Notes under the pieces: model-generated
Database searches by the model: none
Seen by the model: the letters and a program-made list of their open reading frames with translations, nothing else
What the model was told of the DNA's origin: nothing
Program-made: the position numbers and the translations under genes
Shown here: positions 9,607-19,087 of the stretch, one piece after another
How positions within the stretch are numbered: position 1 is the stretch's first letter
Layout of the letters: every line of letters begins with the position of its first letter
From: a virus
Length of the DNA stretch: 64,000 nt
Strand: one strand, 5' to 3'
Virus record (IMG/VR): IMGVR_UViG_3300042902_000064
Location: 1-64,000 of that record

Positions 9607-10269
9607 ATGGTAGCATTTGCAAAAGTTAATGGTTCAGCAAAAAAAGGCGAACTAGAGTATTTCAAATTCAAAGACGGTACTAACGTATTTCGTATGTTTG
9701 GTGATATTCTAGCACGCTATGTATATTGGGTACCTACTAGAGACGGTAGTGGTTCTGTTCCTATTGAGTGTTTATCATTCGATAGACAAGAAGAACGTTT
9801 CACCAATGTAGAGCGTGATGTAGTTGCTGAGAACTTCCCAGACATTAACTGTGGTTGGGCATACATGGCGTTATGTATTGACCCTGTAGATGGGAAAGTA
9901 AAAGCTTTAGGGCTTAAGAAAAAAATGTTCGAACAAATCCTATTAGCGGCAGAGGATTTAGGCGACCCAACTGATCTAGTAGACGGCTGGGCAGTAGCAG
10001 TTAACCGTAAGAAAACTGGACCAAAAGCGTTCAATGTTGAGTATACTGTAGAGGTTCTTAAATGCCAAAAGAATAAAGTACCTTTAACAGCGGACGAACT
10101 AGCACTAGTAGAAGCATCTAAAACTGTAGATGAGTACTTCCCTAGACCTACTCCAGAAGATCAGTTAGCCTTCTTAAAACGTTCTATTCTCCCAGAAGAA
10201 GAGGAAGAAAATGTAGATGAAGAAGCGGCAGATGAGTTAGCCTCTTTAGACGACGATATTCCTATGTAA
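9607..10269 (+). CDS. putative single-stranded DNA-binding protein
   Basis: Sits in the replication module. Its strongly acidic C-terminal tail EEEEENVDEEAADELASLDDDIPM ends like the bacterial SSB tip DDDIPF. A strong terminator follows the gene. Confidence 0.55.
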   Translation: MVAFAKVNGSAKKGELEYFKFKDGTNVFRMFGDILARYVYWVPTRDGSGSVPIECLSFDRQEERFTNVERDVVAENFPDINCGWAYMALCIDPVDGKVKALGLKKKMFEQILLAAEDLGDPTDLVDGWAVAVNRKKTGPKAFNVEYTVEVLKCQKNKVPLTADELALVEASKTVDEYFPRPTPEDQLAFLKRSILPEEEEENVDEEAADELASLDDDIPM

Positions 10270-10291
10270 GCCATAGTGAAGTGACCTTGAA

Positions 10292-10318
10292 AAGCCCTGC
10301 ACGTTGTGGGGCTTTTTT
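10292..10318 (+). terminator. rho-independent terminator
   Basis: aagccc ... gggctt hairpin followed by TTTTT. Confidence 0.7.
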
Positions 10319-10332
10319 ATTCTTGGAGAAAT

Positions 10333-11304
10333 ATGAAAATACTATTTACAGCTGACCTTCATATTAAGTTAGGTCAGAAAAACGTACCAAAGGATTGGCA
10401 GAAAAACCGTTTCCAGAAGTTCTTTGAAGAATTTTGTATCCTTGCCGAAGATGCTGATATTGTTATCATTGGGGGTGATATTTTCGACAAGGCGCCAAAC
10501 CTTGAAGAACTTCAACTATATTTTCAATTAGTTACACGCCTACCTACTAAGACGTATATTTATGATGGTAACCATGAAAGTACGCGAAGAGGCAAGACCT
10601 TCTTCGAAACACTTAAGCCTGTTACAGAGGCTTTGAATAAGAACGTAACAATATTACTAGGAGCACAGCAGCTTGTAGTAGATGGTCAGAAGATCGATTT
10701 CATACCATACACAGACTTGTATAAGTTAAAAACCGACCAGTTTTCTGACTTAACTTCTGATTTACTATGTACACACTGTAGAGGAGATATTCCACCACAT
10801 GTAACTGCAGAAGTTGACCTAACACTGTTCAATAGATGGAAAACTGTACTGGCTGGAGATTTACACAGCTATAGCAATAGTCAGCGTAATATACTATATC
10901 CAGGCAGCCCACTTACTACTTCATTTCATAGAAAGGAAGTAAAGACGGGTGTTATATTATTTGATACAAAAGACCATTCTCACGTGTGGGTTGAGTTAAA
11001 ACTTCCTCAACTTATACGCAGAACAGTTGATAGTATGGAAGATGCTGTAGCTACAGGATTTCACCATACGGTTTATGAGATTGAAGGCTCAAGCTTAGAA
11101 TTGGCAGATATAGATACTAAGAATGACCTTATAGATAAGAAGCTAGTTAAAAGAGAGTATTCCTCTACTTTAGACTTAAGCAATAAAACCTTGAGAGAAG
11201 AGGTGATTATATACCTACAAGATATACAACATCTATCAAGTACGGAAGTTTCTACAGTTATGGGAGTATTTGATGATATATATACAAAAACTGCAGTGGA
11301 GTAA
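10333..11304 (+). CDS. SbcD/Mre11-type nuclease (calcineurin-like metallophosphoesterase)
   Basis: MKILFTADLHI, GGDIFD, GNHES and GDLH motifs. I place the start at ATG 10333, because the GTG at 10306 lies inside the terminator. Confidence 0.85.
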   Translation: MKILFTADLHIKLGQKNVPKDWQKNRFQKFFEEFCILAEDADIVIIGGDIFDKAPNLEELQLYFQLVTRLPTKTYIYDGNHESTRRGKTFFETLKPVTEALNKNVTILLGAQQLVVDGQKIDFIPYTDLYKLKTDQFSDLTSDLLCTHCRGDIPPHVTAEVDLTLFNRWKTVLAGDLHSYSNSQRNILYPGSPLTTSFHRKEVKTGVILFDTKDHSHVWVELKLPQLIRRTVDSMEDAVATGFHHTVYEIEGSSLELADIDTKNDLIDKKLVKREYSSTLDLSNKTLREEVIIYLQDIQHLSSTEVSTVMGVFDDIYTKTAVE

Positions 11305-13096
11305 TTGGTTCAGTTACGGAGAAAACAACGAGCTAGAGTTTACCAATACCTCACTATTGCAGATTTGTGGCGCAAACGGCACAGGTAAAAGCTCAATACC
11401 AATTATACTAGAAGAAACGTTATTTGGTAAAAATAGTAAAGGTATAAAGAAAGCAGATATACCCAATAGAGCGATAGACTCGGCCGCTGTAGATAGTGTA
11501 GTCTACTTTTTAGCGAAGGGTGTTCAGTATGAGGTACATCTACACAGAAAAGGTGCAAGTACTAAACTGACGTTACTTCAAGATAAAGAAGATATTTCAA
11601 GTCATACAGCTACTGGAACATATGCTCAGATAGCAAATATTTTAGGATTAGATTATAAACTCTACTCCCAGCTAACATACCAAAGCAGTACAAGTAGCTT
11701 ACAGTTCTTGAAGGCTACAGATACTGAGCGTAAAAAGTTTCTTATATCTCTATTTAATCTTGATGATTATCTCGCACTTCATGAACAGTTCAAGAATGAG
11801 CATAAGACAGTAAGTAGTAAAACGACATATATTTCAGGTCAAGCTGATAGCTCTAGTAAGTGGTTGGCTGCTCATAAGGATATGGACTTAACTGAAAAAC
11901 CTCTTTACTCGCTGCCTATAGTTGAATCTAGTGACATAGATGAATTATCTGCTCTTTCTAACGCGTTAACTAATATTAAATCTAATAACGTAAAGATTAA
12001 TAAAAATAATGCGTATAAGGCTAAGCTAGAAGAGATTGATAAAAATCTTCTAATTTATAAAGATGAAGCCCCTGAGGTGTCTGCCGTATCTGATATAGAG
12101 TCAGATATTAAAGTAGAAAATGCTAACCTAAGCAGAGTTAATAGAGAGCTAAAACTACTAGAAGCTAAAAGTATAGATAAAACATGTAGTTCATGCGGAC
12201 AGACTATTCATGCCGAAAATGTAGCAGATATGATTGAAAAGTTGAAGAAAGAGGCAGAAGTTAGTAAGTGTAAAACCGATGGTTTTTCAGATGCGCTTAA
12301 GGAAGCTAAATCCAAGGCTGTAGCGTATAGTAAGCATAGGTCTGCTGTAGATGAGTTTGAGAAGTTATCTAATTATATTGATGAGTCCATTCCAGAGGAA
12401 ATAGACTCAGAAGAAGACCTAGAAGCAAATATATTAGTTATTAAAACTAAGATTAGAGATACAGAGTCAGAGGTTAAGAAAATATCTTTAAAAAATGCTG
12501 AAGCTACAGCACATAATGCTAAGATAGAAATACTTTCTGAAGAGTTGAAAACACATACTGAAAAATTGAGTAGTCTGTTTTCTGAGCAGACTAGTCTTCA
12601 AAATAAAATGGCTATTTTAGCCACACTTAAAGACGCTTTTGGAACAACAGGATTATTAACATATAAACTTGAGTTTGTTGTTAAAGCTTTAGAGGAAGAG
12701 ATAAACAACTATCTTATTGAGTTATCATCTGGAAGATTCCAGATACTATTTGTTCTAGTAAAAGATAAATTAAATATTGAGATCATAGATAATGGAACAA
12801 ATATTTCTATTAATGCTTTATCTACTGGTGAGCTTGCAAGAGTTAATACGAGTACCGTATTGGCTATCAGGAAGCTTATGTCAAATATCAGCAAGACTAA
12901 GCTTAATTTATTATTCCTTGATGAGATTATGGGAGTATTGGATGAAGAAGGCAAAGACACTTTAATTTCTCTACTAATTAAAGAAAACCTTAATACCCTT
13001 ATTGTTAGTCACGAATTTCAGCATCCGCTTGTCCCTCAAGTATTAGTCTCTAAAAATGAACACGATATTGCAAGTATAGAGAAGGTTAATGACTAA
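11270..13096 (+). CDS. SbcC/Rad50-type ATPase
   Basis: Walker A GANGTGKSS, long coiled coil with a central CSSCGQ zinc hook, signature LSTGE, Walker B LLFLDE. Confidence 0.85.
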   Translation: MMIYIQKLQWSNWFSYGENNELEFTNTSLLQICGANGTGKSSIPIILEETLFGKNSKGIKKADIPNRAIDSAAVDSVVYFLAKGVQYEVHLHRKGASTKLTLLQDKEDISSHTATGTYAQIANILGLDYKLYSQLTYQSSTSSLQFLKATDTERKKFLISLFNLDDYLALHEQFKNEHKTVSSKTTYISGQADSSSKWLAAHKDMDLTEKPLYSLPIVESSDIDELSALSNALTNIKSNNVKINKNNAYKAKLEEIDKNLLIYKDEAPEVSAVSDIESDIKVENANLSRVNRELKLLEAKSIDKTCSSCGQTIHAENVADMIEKLKKEAEVSKCKTDGFSDALKEAKSKAVAYSKHRSAVDEFEKLSNYIDESIPEEIDSEEDLEANILVIKTKIRDTESEVKKISLKNAEATAHNAKIEILSEELKTHTEKLSSLFSEQTSLQNKMAILATLKDAFGTTGLLTYKLEFVVKALEEEINNYLIELSSGRFQILFVLVKDKLNIEIIDNGTNISINALSTGELARVNTSTVLAIRKLMSNISKTKLNLLFLDEIMGVLDEEGKDTLISLLIKENLNTLIVSHEFQHPLVPQVLVSKNEHDIASIEKVND

Positions 13097-13551
13097 TGGT
13101 AGCTAAAGTAGATTCGAGAGCCAAAGGCGCTAGGATAGAGGCTCAAATAAAGAAAGTGCTTAAAGAGAGAACAGGATTAAACTGGGAAAGGATTCCCTCT
13201 TCTGGAGCCTTAGACGCAAAACACGGATTAAAAGGGGACTTATATGTTCCTGGAGAAGGTAATCTGTTCTGTGTAGAGGTTAAAGGATATAAAGAGGATC
13301 ATATTAATAGCGGATTGCTCACACATAAAACTCCACAAATAGAAGAGTGGGTTATCCAAGCCAGAAGACAGGGTGTGCAGGTAGGTAAGAAATGGCTATT
13401 AATATTTAAGTTCGATAGAAGTAAGATATTTGTATGTTTTGAGGAAGAACCTATAGAAGAATACAGATATATATATTATTCACATTTGAATGTATATATG
13501 GCTCTTTTAGATGATTGGCTAGAAGACAACCCAAAATTTATAAAGGTATAA
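13096..13551 (+). CDS. putative Holliday-junction resolvase (Hjc-like PD-(D/E)xK nuclease)
   Basis: KGARIE...SSGALDAKHGLKGDLYV...FCVEVKGYK resembles the archaeal Hjc G..E / S.GS..D / E.K pattern. Confidence 0.5.
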   Translation: MVAKVDSRAKGARIEAQIKKVLKERTGLNWERIPSSGALDAKHGLKGDLYVPGEGNLFCVEVKGYKEDHINSGLLTHKTPQIEEWVIQARRQGVQVGKKWLLIFKFDRSKIFVCFEEEPIEEYRYIYYSHLNVYMALLDDWLEDNPKFIKV

Positions 13552-13554
13552 TTA

Positions 13555-14385
13555 ATGGCAACATCATTTGCAAAAATGGGAGATAAATCTAGTTTTAATA
13601 ACTTACTAGTCCTAGACAGTCTTAACTTAGCCTTTAGATATAAGCATGCTAAAACTAAAAACTATGCAGCTAAGTATTTAGAGACTGTTAGATCTTTAGC
13701 TAACTCATACGAGTGTCGGGATATAATTATTACTGCTGATTTTAAAGGCTCAAGTTATAGAATAGGTATAGACCCTGAGTACAAAGGAAATAGGAAAGTA
13801 TTAAAAGAGAAACAGACTCCAGAGGAAACAGAAGAGTTCGAAGAGTTCTTTGAGGACTATATTAAAACACTAGAAATGCTAGAATTAGCAGGATTTGTAA
13901 TACTTAAGTATGAAGGTGTAGAAGCGGATGATATAGCCGCCTACATTACTAAATACTATAGTAAGAACTATGAACATACTTGGCTTATCTCAAGTGATCG
14001 AGATTGGGATCTATTAGTTTCACCTAAAGTATCTAGGTTCTCTTATGTAACTAGAAAAGAGGTAACATTAGATAACTGGGATCAGCATTATGATTGTACT
14101 CAAGAACAGTATATATCTCTAAAGGTTCTCCAAGGAGACTCAGGAGATAACGTACCAGGAGTTGCAGGTATTGGACCTAAACGTGCAGCTTCCTTGTTGA
14201 GAGAGTATGGCAGCGCGCTAGATATTTATGATATGCTACCTATAAATCAAAAATACAAGCATATACAGAACTTAAATGAGTTTGGTGACCGTATTCTAGT
14301 TAACTACGAACTCATGGATTTACTCACTTTCTGCGAGGCAGCAATCGGAGAAGATAACATTAAAGACATAGAAGGAAAACTATGA
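13555..14385 (+). CDS. 5'-3' exonuclease / flap endonuclease
   Basis: PIN-like LVLDSLNLAFRY, GVEADDIAAY, SSDRDWDLL, and H3TH LQGDSGDNVPGVAGIGPKRA. Confidence 0.85.
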   Translation: MATSFAKMGDKSSFNNLLVLDSLNLAFRYKHAKTKNYAAKYLETVRSLANSYECRDIIITADFKGSSYRIGIDPEYKGNRKVLKEKQTPEETEEFEEFFEDYIKTLEMLELAGFVILKYEGVEADDIAAYITKYYSKNYEHTWLISSDRDWDLLVSPKVSRFSYVTRKEVTLDNWDQHYDCTQEQYISLKVLQGDSGDNVPGVAGIGPKRAASLLREYGSALDIYDMLPINQKYKHIQNLNEFGDRILVNYELMDLLTFCEAAIGEDNIKDIEGKL

Positions 14386-14984
14386 GCCAACGCAATCAAG
14401 ATGATTTAAAATATTTATATCTTACAGAAGTAATATATACCTGCACACACCACTCACTTTACATATCTGATGGTATTGAACAAAACAGGGAGTTTGACCA
14501 AATGATTGCGGCTTTAAGAGCCGCAGGCGGAGACGATCTACTAGAGATTAGACTTAATTCTGGTGGTGGAGATGTTTCAATAGGGCAGAAGCTTATAGCT
14601 CTAATGCACGAAATATTCCGTGGCAGGTCTATAACAGTAATGGATGCTGAAGCTAGTTCTATGGCTGCTATGGTATTTTTAGCAGGAGATAAGCGTGTTG
14701 TGTATGAACACAGCATGTGTATGCTACACAACTACAGCATGGGAATGTATGGTAAAGGTGGAGAGGTTGGAGATAGATATGCTGCTACCAACGGCTCTAT
14801 GATTTCCTACCTTAAACTAGCTATAGAGCCCTTTGTTAAAAAGGGTGAGTTTAAAAGAATTTTAGATGGTAAAGATTTATATTTAGATGCTTACCAAATG
14901 TGTAAACGTGGAGCTGCTACCCACATCATTGTAGCTGGTAAAGAGATAGAAGCTGCGGAGTATGTAAAAAATGTTAAAAATTGA
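14382..14984 (+). CDS. ClpP-like serine protease
   Basis: LNSGGGDV, AEASSMAAMVFLAGD (Ser), MLHN (His) and GKDLYLDAYQ (Asp) line up with the E. coli ClpP motifs INSPGG, GQAASMG, MIHQP and RD..M.A.EA. Confidence 0.65.
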   Translation: MSQRNQDDLKYLYLTEVIYTCTHHSLYISDGIEQNREFDQMIAALRAAGGDDLLEIRLNSGGGDVSIGQKLIALMHEIFRGRSITVMDAEASSMAAMVFLAGDKRVVYEHSMCMLHNYSMGMYGKGGEVGDRYAATNGSMISYLKLAIEPFVKKGEFKRILDGKDLYLDAYQMCKRGAATHIIVAGKEIEAAEYVKNVKN

Positions 14985-15399
14985 TATGATTTTTGAAAAA
15001 GGTTGTTACCCAGAGAAAGCACACCCAACAGATGCTGGATTTGACCTAAAAAGTAATGAAGAAAGCTTCACCTTAGAGCCAGGCACTAAAAGAAAGGTCA
15101 GCTCTGGGATTAAGTTAGACATACCTTCTGGATATGTGGGAGTGGTTGCCCCTAGAAGTGGGCTAGGGACAAAGTTTGAAGTTGTACTTGCCAATACTGT
15201 AGGCATTATTGATGCTCACTATACAGGCGAAGTGTCTCTTACCTTAACTAATAAAGGTAAAGTACCTATAGATATTGCGCAGTTTGACAGGGTTGCTCAG
15301 TTATTAATTCTGCCAGTACCAGAAGTTCAGTTTCTATCTGTTCAAACATTAAAAGACTCTACAAGAGGAGCTAAAGGGCATGGCTCTACGGGGAAGTGA
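14971..15399 (+). CDS. dut: dUTP diphosphatase
   Basis: The five dUTPase motifs are present: DAGFDL, PRSGLG, GIIDAHYTGEV, RVAQL, RGAKGHGSTG. Confidence 0.9.
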   Translation: MLKIDMIFEKGCYPEKAHPTDAGFDLKSNEESFTLEPGTKRKVSSGIKLDIPSGYVGVVAPRSGLGTKFEVVLANTVGIIDAHYTGEVSLTLTNKGKVPIDIAQFDRVAQLLILPVPEVQFLSVQTLKDSTRGAKGHGSTGK

Positions 15400-15407
15400 G
15401 CAGGGTT

Positions 15408-15512
15408 ATGTGGGCTGAGTTCAAGTTTCCGCCTATTAACCTATGGAACGCTTGGAAAACAAACGAAATGCAAGAAATATTATATAACGTAGAACTAGAG
15501 GATATGTTTTAA
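15408..15512 (+). CDS. possible 34-aa ORF (MWAEFKFPPINLWNAWKTNEMQEILYNVELEDMF)
   Basis: Read by eye; it is below the track threshold. It fills the dut-RNR gap, and its TAA abuts the RNR ATG. Confidence 0.25.
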   Translation: MWAEFKFPPINLWNAWKTNEMQEILYNVELEDMF

Positions 15513-17474
15513 ATGGCAGGATTAAAAACAAGCTATGAAGAGTTTATAGCACTAAGTAGGTATGCTAGATGGATTGAAGAAGAAAATAGAAGAGAAACAT
15601 GGGCTGAAACAGTAAATAGGCTTATTACTTTCTGGGAAGGTAGATTTCCAGCGCATGCAGATGTTCTAAGAAATGAAATACAGCCTGCCATATTTAATAC
15701 TGAAATAATGCCTAGTATGCGTTCTTTAATGACAGCAGGCAAGGCGTTAGATAGAGATGAAGTAGCTGGATTTAATTGTAGTTATGTTGCTGTTGATAAG
15801 CCTCAAGTATTCGATGAGATTATGTATGTCCTTATGTGCGGTACTGGTTTAGGGTTTAGTGTTGAGCGCCAGTTCATAACTAAGTTACCAGAAATTGCTG
15901 AAGAGTTCCATAAGACAGATACTACTATTATAGTTCAGGATAGTAAGATTGGTTGGGCTAAGTCCTTTAGAGAGTTAATCTCTTTACTATTCCAAGGTCA
16001 GATACCTAAATGGGACGTATCTTTGGTAAGACCAGCAGGTGCTAAGCTTAAGACATTTGGTGGTAGAGCAAGTGGTCCGAGACCTTTAGAGGACTTATTT
16101 CACTTCTCTATTGACTTATTCCAAAAAGCTAGAGGTAGAAAACTTAACTCACTAGAAGTACATGATTTAGTTTGTAAAATTGCTGATATTGTAGTAGTTG
16201 GTGGCGTTAGACGCTCTGCATTAATAAGCTTATCTAACCTATCTGACCCACGTATGCGTGACGCAAAGAGTGGTCAGTGGTGGACTGATAACGCTCAACG
16301 AGCACTAGCTAATAATAGTGTTAGTTATACTGAAAAGCCAGATATTGGTATCTTCATGGAAGAGTGGAAAGCTCTTTATGATTCTAAGTCTGGAGAGCGC
16401 GGTATCTTTAATAGAGAAGCGGCTAATAGATTACTACCTGCTAGACGTAGGAACTTAGGCTACACTGAATGGGGTTGCAATCCTTGTTCTGAAATTGTAT
16501 TACGTAGTAAACAGTTCTGTAATCTTACAGAAATAGTTGCTAAGTCTGATGATACTTTCGCAATGCTGAAAGAGAAAGTAATACTGGCTACTATACTAGG
16601 TACTATGCAAGCATCTTTAACTAACTTTAGATACTTATCAAGTGAGTGGGCTAGAAATACTATTGAAGAAGCTTTACTTGGTGTTTCTATTACAGGTATT
16701 ATGGATCACCAAATCTTAAGTAATAGTATCAGGTCTCCATACCGTATGGGTAGCTCAGAAGAGAATGCTTGGAGAGCTTTTGATGAAAAGGGTGAAGTAA
16801 CTGACTTAGAAGATGCGCTAGAGCAGCTTAGAGAGTTAAGTGTTGCTACAAATGCTAAATGGGCTCCTTTATTAGGTGTTAAACCTGCTACTGCTGTAAC
16901 AGCAGTTAAACCAAGTGGAACAGTATCTCAGTTAGTAGATAGTGCTAGTGGTATACATCAAAGATACGCTGAGTTCTACATTAGAACAGTTAGGGCGGAC
17001 AATAAAGATCCTTTAGCTACTATGATGATGGCTCAAGGTTTCCCCTACGAAGAAGATGTGATGAAGCCTGGTACTGGGCTAGTATTCTCATTCCCTATAA
17101 AAGCCCCTAAAGGCTCAGTCATGCGTAATGATATGACTGCTATAGAGCAGTGTGACATTTGGAAGCTTTATCAACTACATTGGACTGAACATAAGCCTTC
17201 TATAACTGTATATGTTAGAGAGAATGAGTGGCTTCAGGTAGGCTCTTGGGTTTATGATAATTTTGATATTGTTTCTGGTATTAGTTTCCTACCTCATTCA
17301 GATCATTCTTACCAGCAAGCCCCATACCAAGAAATCACAGAAGAAGAGTATAATGAGTGGCTAACTAAAATGCCTAAAGCAAATTGGGCAGAGTTAGGAT
17401 TATATGAGCTAGAAGATACGACTACTTCTACTAAAGAATTAGCTTGTGTTTCTGGGGTTTGTGATATTATCTAG
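15513..17474 (+). CDS. nrdJ: class II (adenosylcobalamin-dependent) ribonucleotide reductase
   Basis: GGRASGP, GGVRRSA, NPCSEI...FCNL (active-site Cys region), VKPSGTVS, and a C-terminal Cys pair CVSGVC. Confidence 0.8.
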   Translation: MAGLKTSYEEFIALSRYARWIEEENRRETWAETVNRLITFWEGRFPAHADVLRNEIQPAIFNTEIMPSMRSLMTAGKALDRDEVAGFNCSYVAVDKPQVFDEIMYVLMCGTGLGFSVERQFITKLPEIAEEFHKTDTTIIVQDSKIGWAKSFRELISLLFQGQIPKWDVSLVRPAGAKLKTFGGRASGPRPLEDLFHFSIDLFQKARGRKLNSLEVHDLVCKIADIVVVGGVRRSALISLSNLSDPRMRDAKSGQWWTDNAQRALANNSVSYTEKPDIGIFMEEWKALYDSKSGERGIFNREAANRLLPARRRNLGYTEWGCNPCSEIVLRSKQFCNLTEIVAKSDDTFAMLKEKVILATILGTMQASLTNFRYLSSEWARNTIEEALLGVSITGIMDHQILSNSIRSPYRMGSSEENAWRAFDEKGEVTDLEDALEQLRELSVATNAKWAPLLGVKPATAVTAVKPSGTVSQLVDSASGIHQRYAEFYIRTVRADNKDPLATMMMAQGFPYEEDVMKPGTGLVFSFPIKAPKGSVMRNDMTAIEQCDIWKLYQLHWTEHKPSITVYVRENEWLQVGSWVYDNFDIVSGISFLPHSDHSYQQAPYQEITEEEYNEWLTKMPKANWAELGLYELEDTTTSTKELACVSGVCDII

Positions 17475-17483
17475 AGGTCTTAG

Positions 17484-17690
17484 ATGGAAAAAATTACAAA
17501 ATTAAACATACTAAAGCGGAACATAGTTAGAGCTAATAAAGATCTGGCAGAGTACCAAGAATCCTGTAAGCATAAAGAGGCTACCTTTAAGTATGGAAGT
17601 AACACAGGTAACTGGTGTCCTGCAGATGATGCATACTGGAAGACTTTTGACTGCCCAAGATGTGGAAAGCATTGGAGTGAGGATCAGTAA
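17484..17690 (+). CDS. small Cys-rich (zinc-ribbon-like) protein
   Basis: CKHKE ... C ... CPRCGKHW. Last gene of the + strand block. Confidence 0.45.
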   Translation: MEKITKLNILKRNIVRANKDLAEYQESCKHKEATFKYGSNTGNWCPADDAYWKTFDCPRCGKHWSEDQ

Positions 17691-17739
17691 ACGATATTCA
17701 CTTTTTCAAAACAAAAAATAAAATTTCAAAAACTTTACG

Positions 17740-17773
17740 GGAACGCAATGATTTATTCATTGTGTTCCTTTTT
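17740..17773 (+). terminator. rho-independent terminator
   Basis: 12-bp stem ggaacgcaatga / tcattgtgttcc (one G-U pair) plus TTTTT. Confidence 0.6.
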
Positions 17774-17825
17774 GCGTTTTAAGACCTAAATTAAATATGA
17801 AAAACTATTATTTTTGATAATTTGG

Positions 17826-17858
17826 AAGTAAGAGCCATAATGATAGCTCTTACTTTTT
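17826..17858 (+). terminator. rho-independent terminator
   Basis: aagtaagagc / gctcttactt stem plus T-run. Confidence 0.6.
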
Positions 17859-17876
17859 CAAAATAAATAACAGACA

Positions 17877-17916
17877 TAAAAAAGCCCCTTCAACGAGAGT
17901 TGTTGGGGCTTTTTTG
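17877..17916. terminator. bidirectional terminator at the convergence of the + and - strand blocks
   Basis: A-run, then aagcccc ... ggggctt hairpin, then T-run. Confidence 0.7.
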
Positions 17917-17963
17917 TACTTCAAAATTCAAAAAGTAAATTTTTGAAAACGCCTAGTCTGTTT

Positions 17964-18236
17964 TTAGGGGGCTACTGGTATTCTGCTAACTAAAGAATCT
18001 ATGGCTTTAAAGGCAGAATTTCCTACACCTTTACCGCTATCTAAGCTAGTAGTTAAACTACAGTCTTTATCTATAGAAATAGAGCCATCTGTTATATCTC
18101 TAGAAGATGATATCTCTAAAGTACAGCCTGTTTCAGTTCTTGCATACTTGTACGCTGCGCCTCCTCCTGAGGTACCAGGAGATAGCGCACATGCAGTAAG
18201 TATAAAACAAGTTAAAAATATAATTATATATTTCAT
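17964..18236 (-). CDS. small lipoprotein
   Basis: Signal peptide MKYIIIFLTCFILTAC with lipobox LTAC. Its ATG overlaps the patatin stop codon (ATGA). Confidence 0.7.
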   Translation of the reverse strand: MKYIIIFLTCFILTACALSPGTSGGGAAYKYARTETGCTLEISSSRDITDGSISIDKDCSLTTSLDSGKGVGNSAFKAIDSLVSRIPVAP

Positions 18237-19084
18237 TTAGTTAAAAACTCCAAAGTAGCTTTCCAACCACTTTGAATTAAAGCATCTTTATCTTTATCCT
18301 TTAACTTAAAATCCATAGCAGATATACTTCCACAATCTACGATGATTGTTTTAGCCCAGTCTCTTTTAGAGATGTGCTTAGTTTGTAAGCTATCGTAAAT
18401 TACATTAAATATATTTATAGAATACTGTAAAACATTATTATGTTTATAGATATGTTCGCCCTTAATTTCCTCTGAAGTTTCAAGTTTAATACCTATAGTA
18501 TCTCCGCCTTTTCTATCAAAGAAGTTAATTGGGTAGTTATTTAAAACTCCACCATCAATATATAAATGCCCCTCTAGCTCTACAGGGACAAAAACGAAAG
18601 GAATTGACATGCTAGCCCTACATGCCGTAACTATGGACATACTAGGGTGTGTTTCTTTTGAGAAAACTACCTGAGTTCCTAAGTCTAAACACGTAGCTGC
18701 TATATAAAGGTTCTTACTGTTTTCAGCATTTGCAAGCTCTGCAAATGTACAATGCCTGTTTCCAGTATAAGCCTCTACTATACCTGCTAGCCAATGCTCA
18801 AAGAAATCTCCTTTATGTTTTCCATATTTGGAAACAAAGCGATAGGTGTCTCTAAGGGCACCGAAGCTATCATCTTTGAACTCTGTGTAGTCTATAGACC
18901 TTAAGGCTTGCTCTATCTCATTAGATGTCATACCTAAAGCTAGGAACACAGCAGCGATTGCTCCGGCTGATACACCAAGAACGTTTTCTATCTGATTGAG
19001 CTGATTCTGTGAGGAGAGGGCTGAGAATACTCCAGCATATGCTATACCTTTAACTCCTCCGCCCTCTAATACTAAATTTTTCAT
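18233..19084 (-). CDS. patatin-like phospholipase
   Basis: Oxyanion-hole motif GGGVKG, nucleophile elbow GVSAG (GxSxG), catalytic Asp motif DGGVLNNYP. Confidence 0.85.
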   Translation of the reverse strand: MKNLVLEGGGVKGIAYAGVFSALSSQNQLNQIENVLGVSAGAIAAVFLALGMTSNEIEQALRSIDYTEFKDDSFGALRDTYRFVSKYGKHKGDFFEHWLAGIVEAYTGNRHCTFAELANAENSKNLYIAATCLDLGTQVVFSKETHPSMSIVTACRASMSIPFVFVPVELEGHLYIDGGVLNNYPINFFDRKGGDTIGIKLETSEEIKGEHIYKHNNVLQYSINIFNVIYDSLQTKHISKRDWAKTIIVDCGSISAMDFKLKDKDKDALIQSGWKATLEFLTK

Positions 19085-19087
19085 TTA

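Noticed and set aside
18233-19084. Patatin gene as the effector of a CBASS-like defence operon
   Set aside because: No cyclase/nucleotidyltransferase, SAVED or other sensor gene is adjacent. Its neighbours are tail-fibre genes and a lipoprotein.
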